From: a virus
Lineage: Duplodnaviria; Caudoviricetes
Length of the DNA stretch: 57,246 nt
Virus record (IMG/VR): IMGVR_UViG_3300025600_000330
Coordinates: 1-57,246 of that record
Direction: 5' to 3' (one strand)
The stretch's first letter is position 1. Every line of letters begins with the position of its first letter. The notes beneath the pieces are model-generated. The model did no database searches and had not been told where the DNA came from. It saw nothing but the letters and a program-made list of their open reading frames with translations. The translations under genes were made by a program, and so were the position numbers. This document shows, in pieces, positions 1-9,424 of this stretch.

Positions 1-345
1 ATGGATACAAAATTAAAACTTGAGGCTGATGTGGCATCTGCGGCGAAGTCACTGTCTGACGCGACGAGTGCGCTTGCGGCGTTTAATCAGAGCGCAGAGA
101 ACAACACGTTCGACACGCTGGACGAGGCGCTGGACGTTATCGCGGACGCTCTTGGTGATCGCGCAAGAGAAGACTGCGAGGGTTCCCACAACTGCGGCAA
201 TGAGAGCTACGAACAGGAGTTTATCGCTGGCGGCGTGCGGTACATCGGCAAGCTGAAGTGCGAATACGGTCGCCACGACAAAACCTACTATTTCCTCGAC
301 GGGAAGACGTTCACCTGCAGTGTAGTCGAGAAGCTCTCATGCTGA
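1..345 (+). CDS. phage hypothetical protein
   Basis: 114-aa ORF overlapping the next gene in a tight co-directional run. Confidence 0.6.
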   Translation: MDTKLKLEADVASAAKSLSDATSALAAFNQSAENNTFDTLDEALDVIADALGDRAREDCEGSHNCGNESYEQEFIAGGVRYIGKLKCEYGRHDKTYYFLDGKTFTCSVVEKLSC

Positions 346-818
346 CCAGCGAAGGGCTGACCACCTCCGGTCCCCTGAAAGTACTTGCAGCGATGACCGC
401 CGAGCAGGAGATCAAAGCAGCGATTATCGTGGAGGGCGAAGAGAAGGGGATATTCTCCGTCTACGAGCCGATCACCGCCGAGAACGTGGACGAGATTTGG
501 GACGCCCTCTACAACGACTCGGAGACAGAGGATGCTCTCTCTGAAGGTAAGGACGAGTTCCGGTACTCCGGGGAGAATACTCCCGGCATACCCGAAGACT
601 CCTCCCGGCACTACGAGTGCGATGCAGTCGCCAAGCAGATGCCGAGCGGCAGATGGGTCGGCTGGATGTTCTGGCACGGTGGCGGCAAGCACGGAGAACC
701 CGAAGCTATCGACTGGATGGACAGGGCATACTTCCTTGACGTGGCCGAGGAGGAGAAGACGGTCACAGTGCGGACGTTCGCCAAGGTCAAGGAGGCACCG
801 TGCCTGACAACGAGTTAG
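339..818 (+). CDS. conserved phage hypothetical protein
   Basis: ATG at 339 overlaps the upstream stop; Trp/Gly-rich motif WVGWMFWHGGGKHGEPEAIDW. Confidence 0.65.
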   Translation: MLTSEGLTTSGPLKVLAAMTAEQEIKAAIIVEGEEKGIFSVYEPITAENVDEIWDALYNDSETEDALSEGKDEFRYSGENTPGIPEDSSRHYECDAVAKQMPSGRWVGWMFWHGGGKHGEPEAIDWMDRAYFLDVAEEEKTVTVRTFAKVKEAPCLTTS

Positions 819-1060
819 CCGCAAGGATCGACGCCTTCCTCCTCGCACATGGTCGCAGGACTAGTCACAACGTCACGATCTGGAAGACGCTGGACGCTGC
901 CGAACTGGAGGGTGCATCCAGTCGCCTGAAGTTGGGCAGGGAGATCAGAAGGGTGCCGTGGTCGGAGTGGGAGTCGGGTGGATATATGCCCTACACCTCC
1001 AAGGATGCCCGTGCAGAGCATGACGAGATCATTAGGTTGATCGCTGATCGTGGGTACTAG
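800..1060 (+). CDS. hypothetical protein
   Basis: GTG start after AAGGAGG RBS. Confidence 0.6.
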   Translation: MPDNELAARIDAFLLAHGRRTSHNVTIWKTLDAAELEGASSRLKLGREIRRVPWSEWESGGYMPYTSKDARAEHDEIIRLIADRGY

Positions 1061-1151
1061 CGCAAAGCCCACCTTGGCACAAGGAGCGGCAGATAACGAA
1101 TTTAGCTCAGCGCCTCGGCGCTGGAACGGGTGTTAAACCCGCAGAGGGGGA

Positions 1152-1406
1152 ATGGTGGCAATAACCATTGCTAGGCTGCACAAGCTGCTTGGAAGGATGA
1201 TCGAACAGGGCCACGCCCGCAAGAAGGTTTGCATCAACAAGGAGTCCTTCAGTCACCCTCTGGAGAGCGACGGGGCGGTGATCTTGGAGGTCGAGACGGC
1301 TCAGATAGAGAGCTACCCGATGCTGGACGATGACGGCTTTACCAAGGAAAGCAGTTGCCACACAAGTCTCGTGATTGGTGGTGGGGCAGATGCGGTGCGG
1401 CCGTGA
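1152..1406 (+). CDS. hypothetical protein
   Basis: GAGGGGG RBS, 84 aa. Confidence 0.6.
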   Translation: MVAITIARLHKLLGRMIEQGHARKKVCINKESFSHPLESDGAVILEVETAQIESYPMLDDDGFTKESSCHTSLVIGGGADAVRP

Positions 1407-1549
1407 GCAGTAAAAGCGCAGACTGGCGAGGCCGGTTAGAAAAGCGGTTCAGGTGGAGAACCTTCCGCTTCGATTGGGGGCGCTGGTGTTATAGGACCAA
1501 CTGCAACGGAGATACCGTAGACGGTTGGTGGGAATGGGAGTCGGTTTAA
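1403..1549 (+). CDS. small Trp-rich hypothetical protein
   Basis: GTGA overlap with upstream stop. Confidence 0.4.
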   Translation: MSSKSADWRGRLEKRFRWRTFRFDWGRWCYRTNCNGDTVDGWWEWESV

Positions 1550-1648
1550 CTACTGATTATCCACGGTCATGGCGGGATAGTAAGCGAGGGCGATCAACGG
1601 TAAATGGTAGGCATGGCGGCATGTTGCAGTTGATAATGAAAACGTAAA

Positions 1649-1698
1649 AGATACAGAAAAAGCCCCTTTTCTTCCGAATTAGGGCTTTTTCTGTATCT
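1649..1698. terminator. bidirectional intrinsic terminator
   Basis: Perfect 17-bp inverted repeat AGATACAGAAAAAGCCC/GGGCTTTTTCTGTATCT between convergent genes. Confidence 0.85.
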
Positions 1699-1710
1699 GG
1701 CTAGGATTGG

Positions 1711-2889
1711 TTACCCGTTGAACTGGTCGAGGAAGTTGACTGCGAACTTGTCGGACGCCTTGGTCTTATGTTCGCGGCTCAGATGTCCGTAGATGTCCTT
1801 GGTAATGGAAATCTCTGAGTGGTCGAGCATCTCCGAGAGAGTCGAGAGATCGCCGCCTTCGCTCATCAGGAAGTGTGACGCGAATGTATGTCTCAATGTG
1901 TGGAACGTGACACTGCCCTTCTTATCAGAGTACTCGCAGTCAGTGATGGTCCGATCCCACTCACCGCGAAATGTCCTACCAGTGCAGTCAGGGAATACGA
2001 ACTTGGACAGCGGGGTGGACGAGCGCCAGATCTTCAACTGCTCAACGAGTGAGGCGGGTATGTCCACGGTGAAATCCCGCTTCGACTTCATCCTCTCTGC
2101 TGGCAGTTCGATCACCCTACGGGACAGGCGAACCTCGTCCCATGTGAGTTCCAGCACATTGGATCGCCGCAGACCAGTGTTCAGGCTGACCAGTGCCGCC
2201 ATCTTCACCCTTGGGGTTGCTGCACACCCTAGCAGCGCCTCGATCTCTCTTTCGTCCAAGAACCGGACCTTATGTCCGTCTTTGGGTATAGATTTGACCA
2301 TCGAGATATCTGCAAACTTGCCACAGAGTCTTGGAGATGCCACAGAGTCGGTGCGCTCAACGTGCATTGAATAGATCTTCTTGAGTGTCTTGACTTCGTT
2401 GTTGATAGTGCCAGCCTTTTTATTCATCTCAGCACGGCACGTCTGGTAGTCAATGACATCACCTTTGGTTATAGTTAACAGTGTCGATTCGTTAAAGAAC
2501 CTGCGAAGACCAGCCATACAAGTTTTGTACTGATCGGCGGTCCCTTGAACGATATCCCCCTTCATAACCTCTGCCTTCCACCAGAGGGTGCAGTCCTTCT
2601 CGGCCTGCTCCCAAGTGATGTCCTTCTCCTGCCCCGGCAGCAGTGCGCCGGTAAAGTCGGCACTCTTGCACGCAAGGACGTAGTCTTCAGCGTCCCGCCT
2701 GCGCGGCGTGCAGCACTTGATGAAGGACTTTTTGCCCTTCGGGTAGATCCGCGCATACCAGTTTTCAGAGTGGGTCAGTTCTGTCCCGTCCTTTGGGCAG
2801 AGGGCTTTTGCCTTCCCTGTGGCGTCGGTCTTGTGATACCGGCAGACGGGGCAGGTCAAGTGCTTGAATACTGCCTTATCCTTTGCCAT
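1711..2889 (-). CDS. int: tyrosine recombinase / phage integrase
   Basis: Catalytic motifs LNTGLRRSN, FHTLRHTFASH, LDHS, DIYGH; start MAKDK just after the repressor stop. Confidence 0.93.
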   Translation of the reverse strand: MAKDKAVFKHLTCPVCRYHKTDATGKAKALCPKDGTELTHSENWYARIYPKGKKSFIKCCTPRRRDAEDYVLACKSADFTGALLPGQEKDITWEQAEKDCTLWWKAEVMKGDIVQGTADQYKTCMAGLRRFFNESTLLTITKGDVIDYQTCRAEMNKKAGTINNEVKTLKKIYSMHVERTDSVASPRLCGKFADISMVKSIPKDGHKVRFLDEREIEALLGCAATPRVKMAALVSLNTGLRRSNVLELTWDEVRLSRRVIELPAERMKSKRDFTVDIPASLVEQLKIWRSSTPLSKFVFPDCTGRTFRGEWDRTITDCEYSDKKGSVTFHTLRHTFASHFLMSEGGDLSTLSEMLDHSEISITKDIYGHLSREHKTKASDKFAVNFLDQFNG

Positions 2890-2891
2890 GG

Positions 2892-3245
2892 TTAGTCCCC
2901 CATTGCTTTGATCATCGTTATTATCGCCGCCTTCTTGCTGGCGGGGAGGCGCGACAAGAGGTCGAGGACGATGCGGTCTTCGGAACTGATGTCCACTGGA
3001 TTGATCAGTTTGTAAAATACGGTGTCTCCCGCCTGCTTGCAAGCCGCCGCTATCTCCAAGGGGGCGAGTCCCAGATGGTATGCCATCGTGATGAACGTGG
3101 CGATGCCGGGATCCCAGCTACGCAGAAGAACCTTGCTGACGGTCTCAGTTGACAGAGGCACCTTCGTGGAGTCCTTCCAATCTTTCACGTTGCTGTATGA
3201 GCTTTTTTTGAACTGGGCGACGAGTACTTCGCTTAAGCTGGGCAT
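2892..3245 (-). CDS. putative XRE-like HTH repressor
   Basis: LSTETVSKVL...PGIATFITMAYHLGL HTH-like; GGAGG RBS; divergent from the lytic operon. Confidence 0.6.
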   Translation of the reverse strand: MPSLSEVLVAQFKKSSYSNVKDWKDSTKVPLSTETVSKVLLRSWDPGIATFITMAYHLGLAPLEIAAACKQAGDTVFYKLINPVDISSEDRIVLDLLSRLPASKKAAIITMIKAMGD

Positions 3246-3309
3246 TGGAGCCTCCATTCGTTCACTTTAGTGGTGTGGTCATTCCTATTGCGAGTGCGTT
3301 TACACCTTC

Positions 3310-3338
3310 CTTTTACCAAACCGTTTACACGGTGTCAA
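3310..3338 (-). promoter_or_regulatory. sigma70 promoter for repressor-integrase operon
   Basis: TTGACA-17-TAAAAG with extended TG; CCGT-N4-ACGG palindrome in the spacer. Confidence 0.6.
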
Positions 3339-3442
3339 ACAAAATAATCGATTTATCGATAACTATTCACACAACCGCACCCTGTCGATGTCTGGGCGTA
3401 TAACATTGGCGTTCTATTATTGCGCTATTATAACTGGAATGA

Positions 3443-3688
3443 ATGAAAATTCAATTGACGGGAATGGTCGTTAAGCGCATAAAGGGGCGGCTTGTAAACG
3501 ACTGTAAACGGGAACAACTAGAGAGGACTGCAATGAATTTGGGGACCGCAGCAAGCGAGGCTGAAAGTCGGATGAGTGAAGTAACGGGCCTACTTAGGGA
3601 CAGTGCCTCCGAGGCATTGGTAAGGGACGCCATCAGAGAATTGTCGGCGTCGGTAGACTCCCTGATGGAGACGGCAGGTATTCAGTAA
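3443..3688 (+). CDS. hypothetical protein
   Basis: 81-aa ORF followed by hairpin 3702-3729. Confidence 0.45.
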   Translation: MKIQLTGMVVKRIKGRLVNDCKREQLERTAMNLGTAASEAESRMSEVTGLLRDSASEALVRDAIRELSASVDSLMETAGIQ

Positions 3689-3773
3689 GGCAGCGGAAAT
3701 CGGGCCGACAAAAAGTGGCCCATTTTCTTGCCAAAATATTCAACCAACTTGAATGAACAAAAGGAGTAATGGA

Positions 3774-3944
3774 ATGGCGAGAAAGGTCAGAACAGACACC
3801 CGTCACAACGTAGTAAGCACCCGTCTTAATGATGATGAGGCGGCAGCACTTGAGGACGGGATGGAGTCCACCGGATTAACACAGACCGACTTCATCAGGG
3901 ATGCACTCGCAGAGAAGAGCGAACGGGCGAAGGTGGCGGCATGA
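3774..3944 (+). CDS. ribbon-helix-helix DNA-binding protein (Cro-position regulator)
   Basis: VVSTRLNDDE...GLTQTDFIRDAL CopG/Arc-like pattern; AAGGAG RBS. Confidence 0.75.
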   Translation: MARKVRTDTRHNVVSTRLNDDEAAALEDGMESTGLTQTDFIRDALAEKSERAKVAA

Positions 3945-4165
3945 GCAGCGCAGCTACAAAGCAGGACTGGCAGAAGGACAAGGAAGGCGTCGATGAGAGG
4001 GAACTTCGCCGCTACGCCGCCATGGTGATTATCATCGTCTCCCTCGCCTTCGTTGGCGCTCACAGTTGCGACCTCAACTCCCGCGCTCCGCTGCCCACCA
4101 ATGCCAGCCAGTACGCCATAAACGGAGCCTGCAAGCATCAGGCGCTCCTCACGGTGGCCCAGTGA
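3941..4165 (+). CDS. small membrane protein
   Basis: One hydrophobic segment; ATGA overlap. Confidence 0.55.
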   Translation: MSSAATKQDWQKDKEGVDERELRRYAAMVIIIVSLAFVGAHSCDLNSRAPLPTNASQYAINGACKHQALLTVAQ

Positions 4166-4329
4166 TGATGCGACTAGAAGAGCATGACGAGGCGATTCGC
4201 ACCAACGCGGACGGCGACCGCACACCAGAACCGGAGTTCACCCACCCCTGCTGCGGTGGGCATAACAAATTCATTCACCAGTCGTGGTGCGACAACGGCA
4301 AGCACCACGGGTATCGGTCAAGCAAGTAA
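4162..4329 (+). CDS. small His/Cys-rich hypothetical protein
   Basis: GTGA overlap; HPCCGGHNKFIHQSWC. Confidence 0.45.
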   Translation: MMMRLEEHDEAIRTNADGDRTPEPEFTHPCCGGHNKFIHQSWCDNGKHHGYRSSK

Positions 4330-4345
4330 AAAGGAGATTGGACGT

Positions 4346-5809
4346 ATGAAAGTGAAAGAGGCAACAGCAGAGGCAACGACAGCAACGGAAGCACCCACTA
4401 CCGCCATCGCGATCTACACCGAAACCGAAAAGGGTCTCGCGCTGCTCAAGCTTGAGGCAGACATCACCAAATTCGACCTCTCGACCACAGCAGGATTCGA
4501 TGCAGCCAAGGTAGTCCGCAGGGGCTGCGTCTCGCTCCGTACCGGGGTTGAGGCACTCAGGCTGGCAGCGAATGCTCCGCTGAACAAACGGATCAAAGCC
4601 AATAAGACGGAAGCAGATCTCCTTGTTCTGGAAATTGGAGCAATCGAGGCTCCCTTTGATGAGGCGATCAAGGCAGTCGAGGCAGCGAAGGAACTGGTCC
4701 GCGAGGAGAAGGCGCAGGCAGCGGCAAAGCGGGTCGCTGACATCACCGCCCGTATCGACCAGATCCGCGCCTTCCCCCTGTCGTTTGTCGGCATGGACGC
4801 ACTCCAGATGGCGATCAAGATCGCGCAGATCGAGGCGGCAGCTATCGGGGTTGAGTTCGCGGAGTTGGCAGAGACTGCGGAGAAGGTCCGGGGCGAAGTC
4901 GTTCTGATCCTCAAGGAGACCCTCGCCAAGCAGGAGATCAAAGAAGCCGATGACCTCCGTATCAGGAACGAGCAGGCGGCAGAAACTGTCCGTCTGGAGA
5001 CCCTCCAGAAGGAGCAGACAAGGGTCAACGCTCTCCGCGACGGCATCAGGCAGATACAGGATTGGCCGCGTACCTGCTTCGGCATGAGCGCGACAGTGAT
5101 GACCGTCATGATGGCGGGGTTTCCCTCCGTAACCGCAGTGGACTTCAGCGAGTTTCAGGAGGAAGCGGAGCAGGCCGAGCGGGACTCCCTCGCGGAGGTC
5201 CAGCGCATGATCGACGCCGCAACCGTCTCCGAAGCTGCAGCCAATAAGCTTCTGGCCGATCAACTGCTTGCTGCCGATGCTGAGAGGGAGCGCAACAGGG
5301 TCAACACCATCAAGGACATGATCACCGTGATCACCGCATGGCCCATCCAGTGCATCGGTCTGAGCGCCGTTTACATCCGGTCAGCGATCGAAGGGTCTGA
5401 GATGGCTCTGGATGTCGTGGCGGGGGACTGCTTTCAGGAGTTCGCCGCCGAGGCTGAAGAGGCAAGGGTCGTCGCCCTCGCCAAGATGAACGAGATGCTG
5501 ACCGCAGCCGAGACTGCTGAGACTGAAGCTGCTCGGCTCGAGACTCAGCGCGTCGAGCAGGCGGCTGCACAGAAGGTTCTCGATGACGCCGCCGAGGCGA
5601 CCGCTGAAGCTGAGAGGGTCGCTGCCAAGAAGGTTGCCGACAAGAAGAAGAAAGCGTCCCCGGTTGAGGTCGCGATGGTCTCCATCCCTCAGGCCGAGTA
5701 CGACTCGCTCATCAAGGATTCCGAGTTCCTGCAGGCGCTCCAGCAGCATGGCGTGGACAACTGGCCCGGATATGGCGATGCCTGCGCTGAAGTCAGAGAG
5801 GCGGCGTAA
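4346..5809 (+). CDS. Ala/Glu-rich coiled-coil protein with three internal repeats
   Basis: AGGAG RBS; repeats around IDQIRAFP / IRQIQDWP / ITVITAWP; precedes the recombination genes. Confidence 0.75.
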   Translation: MKVKEATAEATTATEAPTTAIAIYTETEKGLALLKLEADITKFDLSTTAGFDAAKVVRRGCVSLRTGVEALRLAANAPLNKRIKANKTEADLLVLEIGAIEAPFDEAIKAVEAAKELVREEKAQAAAKRVADITARIDQIRAFPLSFVGMDALQMAIKIAQIEAAAIGVEFAELAETAEKVRGEVVLILKETLAKQEIKEADDLRIRNEQAAETVRLETLQKEQTRVNALRDGIRQIQDWPRTCFGMSATVMTVMMAGFPSVTAVDFSEFQEEAEQAERDSLAEVQRMIDAATVSEAAANKLLADQLLAADAERERNRVNTIKDMITVITAWPIQCIGLSAVYIRSAIEGSEMALDVVAGDCFQEFAAEAEEARVVALAKMNEMLTAAETAETEAARLETQRVEQAAAQKVLDDAAEATAEAERVAAKKVADKKKKASPVEVAMVSIPQAEYDSLIKDSEFLQALQQHGVDNWPGYGDACAEVREAA

Positions 5810-6654
5810 TGGAGGCGACCTCAAGCGTCCTTCCCGCAGTCATCCCGCCGGTCGGTGATGACTTCCTTGACTGCTTCGGCACTGCGCCCGGCACCACCAC
5901 CGTCATCTCCCCGGCAGCAGTGCCGGGGAAGGAGGTCATCGCGACCTACGACATGACGACGGGGACGATCACCTATCACGAAGATGTCATGCAAGGCACA
6001 GAGGAATGGCTGGCGCTGCGCCGGGGCGTACTGACTGCATCCGAGATGAAGCTCATCGTCACTCCGGGGCTCAAGATCGCGGACAACGACAAAGGCCGCG
6101 CCCATGTGTTTGAGATTGCGGCACAGAGGGTCACCGAGAACGTCGAGCCGCACTATGTCGGTGACGACATGTTGCGGGGGCATGATGACGAGTGCGATGC
6201 CGTCTGTAAATACATTACCGAAATCGCCCCGGTCCAGATTGCTGGGTTTATTACGAATGACTCGCTGGGGTTCACTATCGGGTACTCCCCGGATGGGCTT
6301 GTGGGGGACGAGGGACTCATCGAGTGCAAATCCCGTCGCCAGAAGTACCAGTTCCAGACCGCCATAGAGTGCGTGAAGAGCAATACGATCCCTGCCGAGT
6401 ACATGATCCAGATACAAACTGGATTACTGGTAACTGGTCGTAAGTGGTGCGACTTCCTGTCGTACTGTGGTGGGATGCATATGATAGTCATCAGAGTCTA
6501 TCCAGACTTCAGGATACAGGCGGCTATTGTAGCGGCTGCAAGAGCTTTTGAGACCAAGGTACAGAACATGGTCGATGACTACTATGCGCTCATAGAGTCA
6601 CCCGACACGCTCATGTTCCCGACTGAACGCAGAGTCGAACTGGAAATCCACTAA
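5809..6654 (+). CDS. YqaJ / lambda-exonuclease family nuclease
   Basis: QGTEEWLALRRGVLTASE, GYSPDGLVG...IECKS, QIQTGLLVTGRKWCDFLSY. Confidence 0.9.
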   Translation: MEATSSVLPAVIPPVGDDFLDCFGTAPGTTTVISPAAVPGKEVIATYDMTTGTITYHEDVMQGTEEWLALRRGVLTASEMKLIVTPGLKIADNDKGRAHVFEIAAQRVTENVEPHYVGDDMLRGHDDECDAVCKYITEIAPVQIAGFITNDSLGFTIGYSPDGLVGDEGLIECKSRRQKYQFQTAIECVKSNTIPAEYMIQIQTGLLVTGRKWCDFLSYCGGMHMIVIRVYPDFRIQAAIVAAARAFETKVQNMVDDYYALIESPDTLMFPTERRVELEIH

Positions 6655-6667
6655 CAGGAGTATTACA

Positions 6668-7261
6668 ATGACACAGCAGACGGACATGAGACAGGCTATT
6701 GCCCCGAAATCGGACCAGCTAAACTATGAAGACTTCCTTGGGGAGCGGACGCTGACCATAAAGATCACTACGGTCACCGTAAAGCCGGGGGCAGAGCAAC
6801 CCGTAACTGTCAACTTTGAGGGCGATAACAAGAAACCGTACAAGCCCAGCAAGACCATGGGCAAAGTCATCTGCGCCCTCTGGGGTGACACGAAAGAGGT
6901 CTACTTCGGCAGGAGTCTGACCCTGTACGGAGACCCCACGGTGCTTTTCGGAGGCGCGGCAGTCGGCGGCATAAAGATATCGCACATGAGCAACCTCGAC
7001 TCCAAGGTGACCATGATGCTTACCTCCACTCGCGGCAAGAAAGCACCCCACACTGTCCACCCCTTGGTGGTGCAGGACGCCCTGATCACCCGTGAGCAGC
7101 AGAAGGCGATGGTCGCTGCCATGGGGGCCATCGTCACCGGGGACCAGCTTCTCAAACAGTTCAAGCTCAAGAACTCCGGGGAGATCACCGCCGACCAGTA
7201 CCCTGACGTGATGGTCTGGATCGGGGAGATGAAGGAAGCGGCAGAGCAGGCAGGAGCATGA
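6668..7261 (+). CDS. putative ssDNA-annealing/recombination partner protein
   Basis: IAPKSDQLNYEDF N-terminus; position between exonuclease and resolvase. Confidence 0.55.
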   Translation: MTQQTDMRQAIAPKSDQLNYEDFLGERTLTIKITTVTVKPGAEQPVTVNFEGDNKKPYKPSKTMGKVICALWGDTKEVYFGRSLTLYGDPTVLFGGAAVGGIKISHMSNLDSKVTMMLTSTRGKKAPHTVHPLVVQDALITREQQKAMVAAMGAIVTGDQLLKQFKLKNSGEITADQYPDVMVWIGEMKEAAEQAGA

Positions 7262-7737
7262 GGCGCATCCTTGGAGTCGATCCCGGCAGCGACGAGAGCG
7301 CCTACTGCCTGCTCAACTCGGACCTGTCCATCGCGCTGGCCGGTAAGCTGCCCAACGGCGAGTTCATGACGTTCATCCGCGCCCTCAACGACCATGACGA
7401 GGTGGTCGTTGAGGGGATGCGGGGAATGGGTAAGCGGGTCGGGCATGAGACCTTCGATACGGCGTATATGGTAGGACGTGTGCAGGAGACCTCTGAAGCG
7501 AGGGGTCTCCCTTGCACCGTCTATCATCGCCCCGACTACCTGCACCCTCTGTGCGGTGGCCGACCGCCAGCAGGCAAGTCTGACGCTACCCTCTGGGCGT
7601 GCCTCAAGGTGCGTTTTGGCGGCTCCGAGAAGGGGGAAGCACTGCGCCCCCTCGTCAGCGCCACCGACCTCCGTAGCGCATTTGCGGTCGCCGTATGGCA
7701 TTCCGACTCAACCAGAAAAGGAGCAGTTAAGAAATGA
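7258..7737 (+). CDS. RuvC-like Holliday junction resolvase
   Basis: ILGVDPG, VVVEG, C-terminal xxAFAVA helix. Confidence 0.75.
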   Translation: MRRILGVDPGSDESAYCLLNSDLSIALAGKLPNGEFMTFIRALNDHDEVVVEGMRGMGKRVGHETFDTAYMVGRVQETSEARGLPCTVYHRPDYLHPLCGGRPPAGKSDATLWACLKVRFGGSEKGEALRPLVSATDLRSAFAVAVWHSDSTRKGAVKK

Positions 7738-8288
7738 AGGGAAGAATAGCCAAACTGTCCAGCGACCACTGGACTAAATATGTTGTTGGACTCATTCTGG
7801 TGCATAGCGATGTGACCCGCATGTACACTCACGCCGAGATGATGGCTATAGCCGAGTTCCACTACATCAGCGCAACCATCCACGGGTACGGTCACGGCGT
7901 CGAGGATGAGCGCGATGGGCTGTTCGCCCGCCTGCCCCCGGACTTCACCCTGCCAAGCATTACGGTCGAGGGTAACGCCAGCGTCCATCATGCCAAATAC
8001 CTTGAAGAGTCCCGCGAGTGGAACGAGGCAGAGGCGGGGTCTATGGCTGAAACGATAGAACTGTGGGATGTCCTACAGGCGGCACAGACGTGGGCAGAGC
8101 ATAGCTTTGAGGCACATACGCATACGATGCCGCACGCAACCGCAATAAGAGAAGCCCAACGAGTACTGAACGTGTACTACGCAGAGGGCAGGGACATCAT
8201 GCAGGCGAAGCGGATCATGCTCATCAAGAACGCAGGGCGCAGCCGGTACTCCAGACAGGACAATGCTCGGATACTGGACTTGGTATGA
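7734..8288 (+). CDS. hypothetical protein
   Basis: ATGA overlap, AGGAG RBS. Confidence 0.65.
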   Translation: MKGRIAKLSSDHWTKYVVGLILVHSDVTRMYTHAEMMAIAEFHYISATIHGYGHGVEDERDGLFARLPPDFTLPSITVEGNASVHHAKYLEESREWNEAEAGSMAETIELWDVLQAAQTWAEHSFEAHTHTMPHATAIREAQRVLNVYYAEGRDIMQAKRIMLIKNAGRSRYSRQDNARILDLV

Positions 8289-8422
8289 CCGAAGAGCCGT
8301 ACATAGCACCTCCGAAATGGGTAGTCGATGACAAGACCTATGCCAAATGGGTATCCATGATGGCGTTTAAGAACAAAGCACGGAATGCCGTGATGGAGAT
8401 GGGACCGGGGGGCGGGATATGA
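8285..8422 (+). CDS. small hypothetical protein (45 aa)
   Basis: Fills the gap with ATGA overlaps at both ends. Confidence 0.5.
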   Translation: MTEEPYIAPPKWVVDDKTYAKWVSMMAFKNKARNAVMEMGPGGGI

Positions 8423-8985
8423 TATGTCTGACTGATGGATGTGGCGATAAGACTAAAGATGGTCGCAGCAAACACTGCGTGAAGCATGCCGCCATCATCA
8501 GCGAGGCCAATGTCAAGAAGGCGCAGGAAAAGTATGTCGCAAAGAAGAAACTTGCAGGTACTTTCAGCAAGGCCAAGAATAAAGGGGACAGGATCTGTCC
8601 TGAGTGCAAAGAACTCCTCTTGCCAGCCGACATCAAGCGCAAGTACCACCCCGCGTGTTCAGTTATCGTCAGCAACCGCGCCAAGGCACTGTACGCTGCC
8701 GGTCGGAGGGCAGTTGACAAGACCGGACCCGCTCATATCGGGTTCCCGGTAATCACCCCCGTGGGCGCTGCTCTGGCTGAGACGCTCGACACTACCGACT
8801 ATACCAAGCAGTTGCACGTCCGAGACATGCTCGCGCTGGGCATGGAGATCGTAGCTGGGCAACCACTTGCATCCGGGGTGACCCTGCTCTCCAGAGAGCA
8901 AATAGACGCCCTCCAGTCGAGCCTCGCGATCCCCAAAAGGACGTATGAGAGCTACGACACGCACTTGGATTTCAGAGAAAATTAA
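8419..8985 (+). CDS. Cys-containing hypothetical protein
   Basis: CLTDGC...HCVKH and CPEC...HPAC motifs. Confidence 0.6.
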   Translation: MICLTDGCGDKTKDGRSKHCVKHAAIISEANVKKAQEKYVAKKKLAGTFSKAKNKGDRICPECKELLLPADIKRKYHPACSVIVSNRAKALYAAGRRAVDKTGPAHIGFPVITPVGAALAETLDTTDYTKQLHVRDMLALGMEIVAGQPLASGVTLLSREQIDALQSSLAIPKRTYESYDTHLDFREN

Positions 8986-9028
8986 CCATTTATTCAGTCT
9001 AATGGAATGATAAATCTGTACGGAGGAA

Positions 9029-9424
9029 ATGATGACTAAAAAGATGACGTATTATGAGCAGATCAAAAGTCCTCTCTGGCAGCGGAAACGCCTTGAAGTG
9101 TTAGAGGCTAATGACTTTCAGTGCCAGACCTGTCTATCGGTTGACGAAGAACTGCACATTCACCACCCCCTCTACAGGCGAGGGGCGATGATATGGGAGT
9201 ACAAAGTATCTGAATTGCAGTGCCTGTGTCACAAATGCCATAAAGAGGTTCATGCCATAGACGAAAGGCTGAAGCAGTCTATGGCATTGCTGTGCGGTTT
9301 CCATAAGCTCAGGTTGTTAGGGTTTGCTGATGCAATGTATGGCCCGGACGTTAACGACGAGAGTGAAGACTATTTAGACGGGTATGACGCACAGGTAGCC
9401 TCCGTAATGAGAGGACGGATATGA
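9029..9424 (+). CDS. HNH endonuclease-like protein
   Basis: WQRKRLEVL, CQTC, LHIHH, LCHKCHKEVH. Confidence 0.8.
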   Translation: MMTKKMTYYEQIKSPLWQRKRLEVLEANDFQCQTCLSVDEELHIHHPLYRRGAMIWEYKVSELQCLCHKCHKEVHAIDERLKQSMALLCGFHKLRLLGFADAMYGPDVNDESEDYLDGYDAQVASVMRGRI

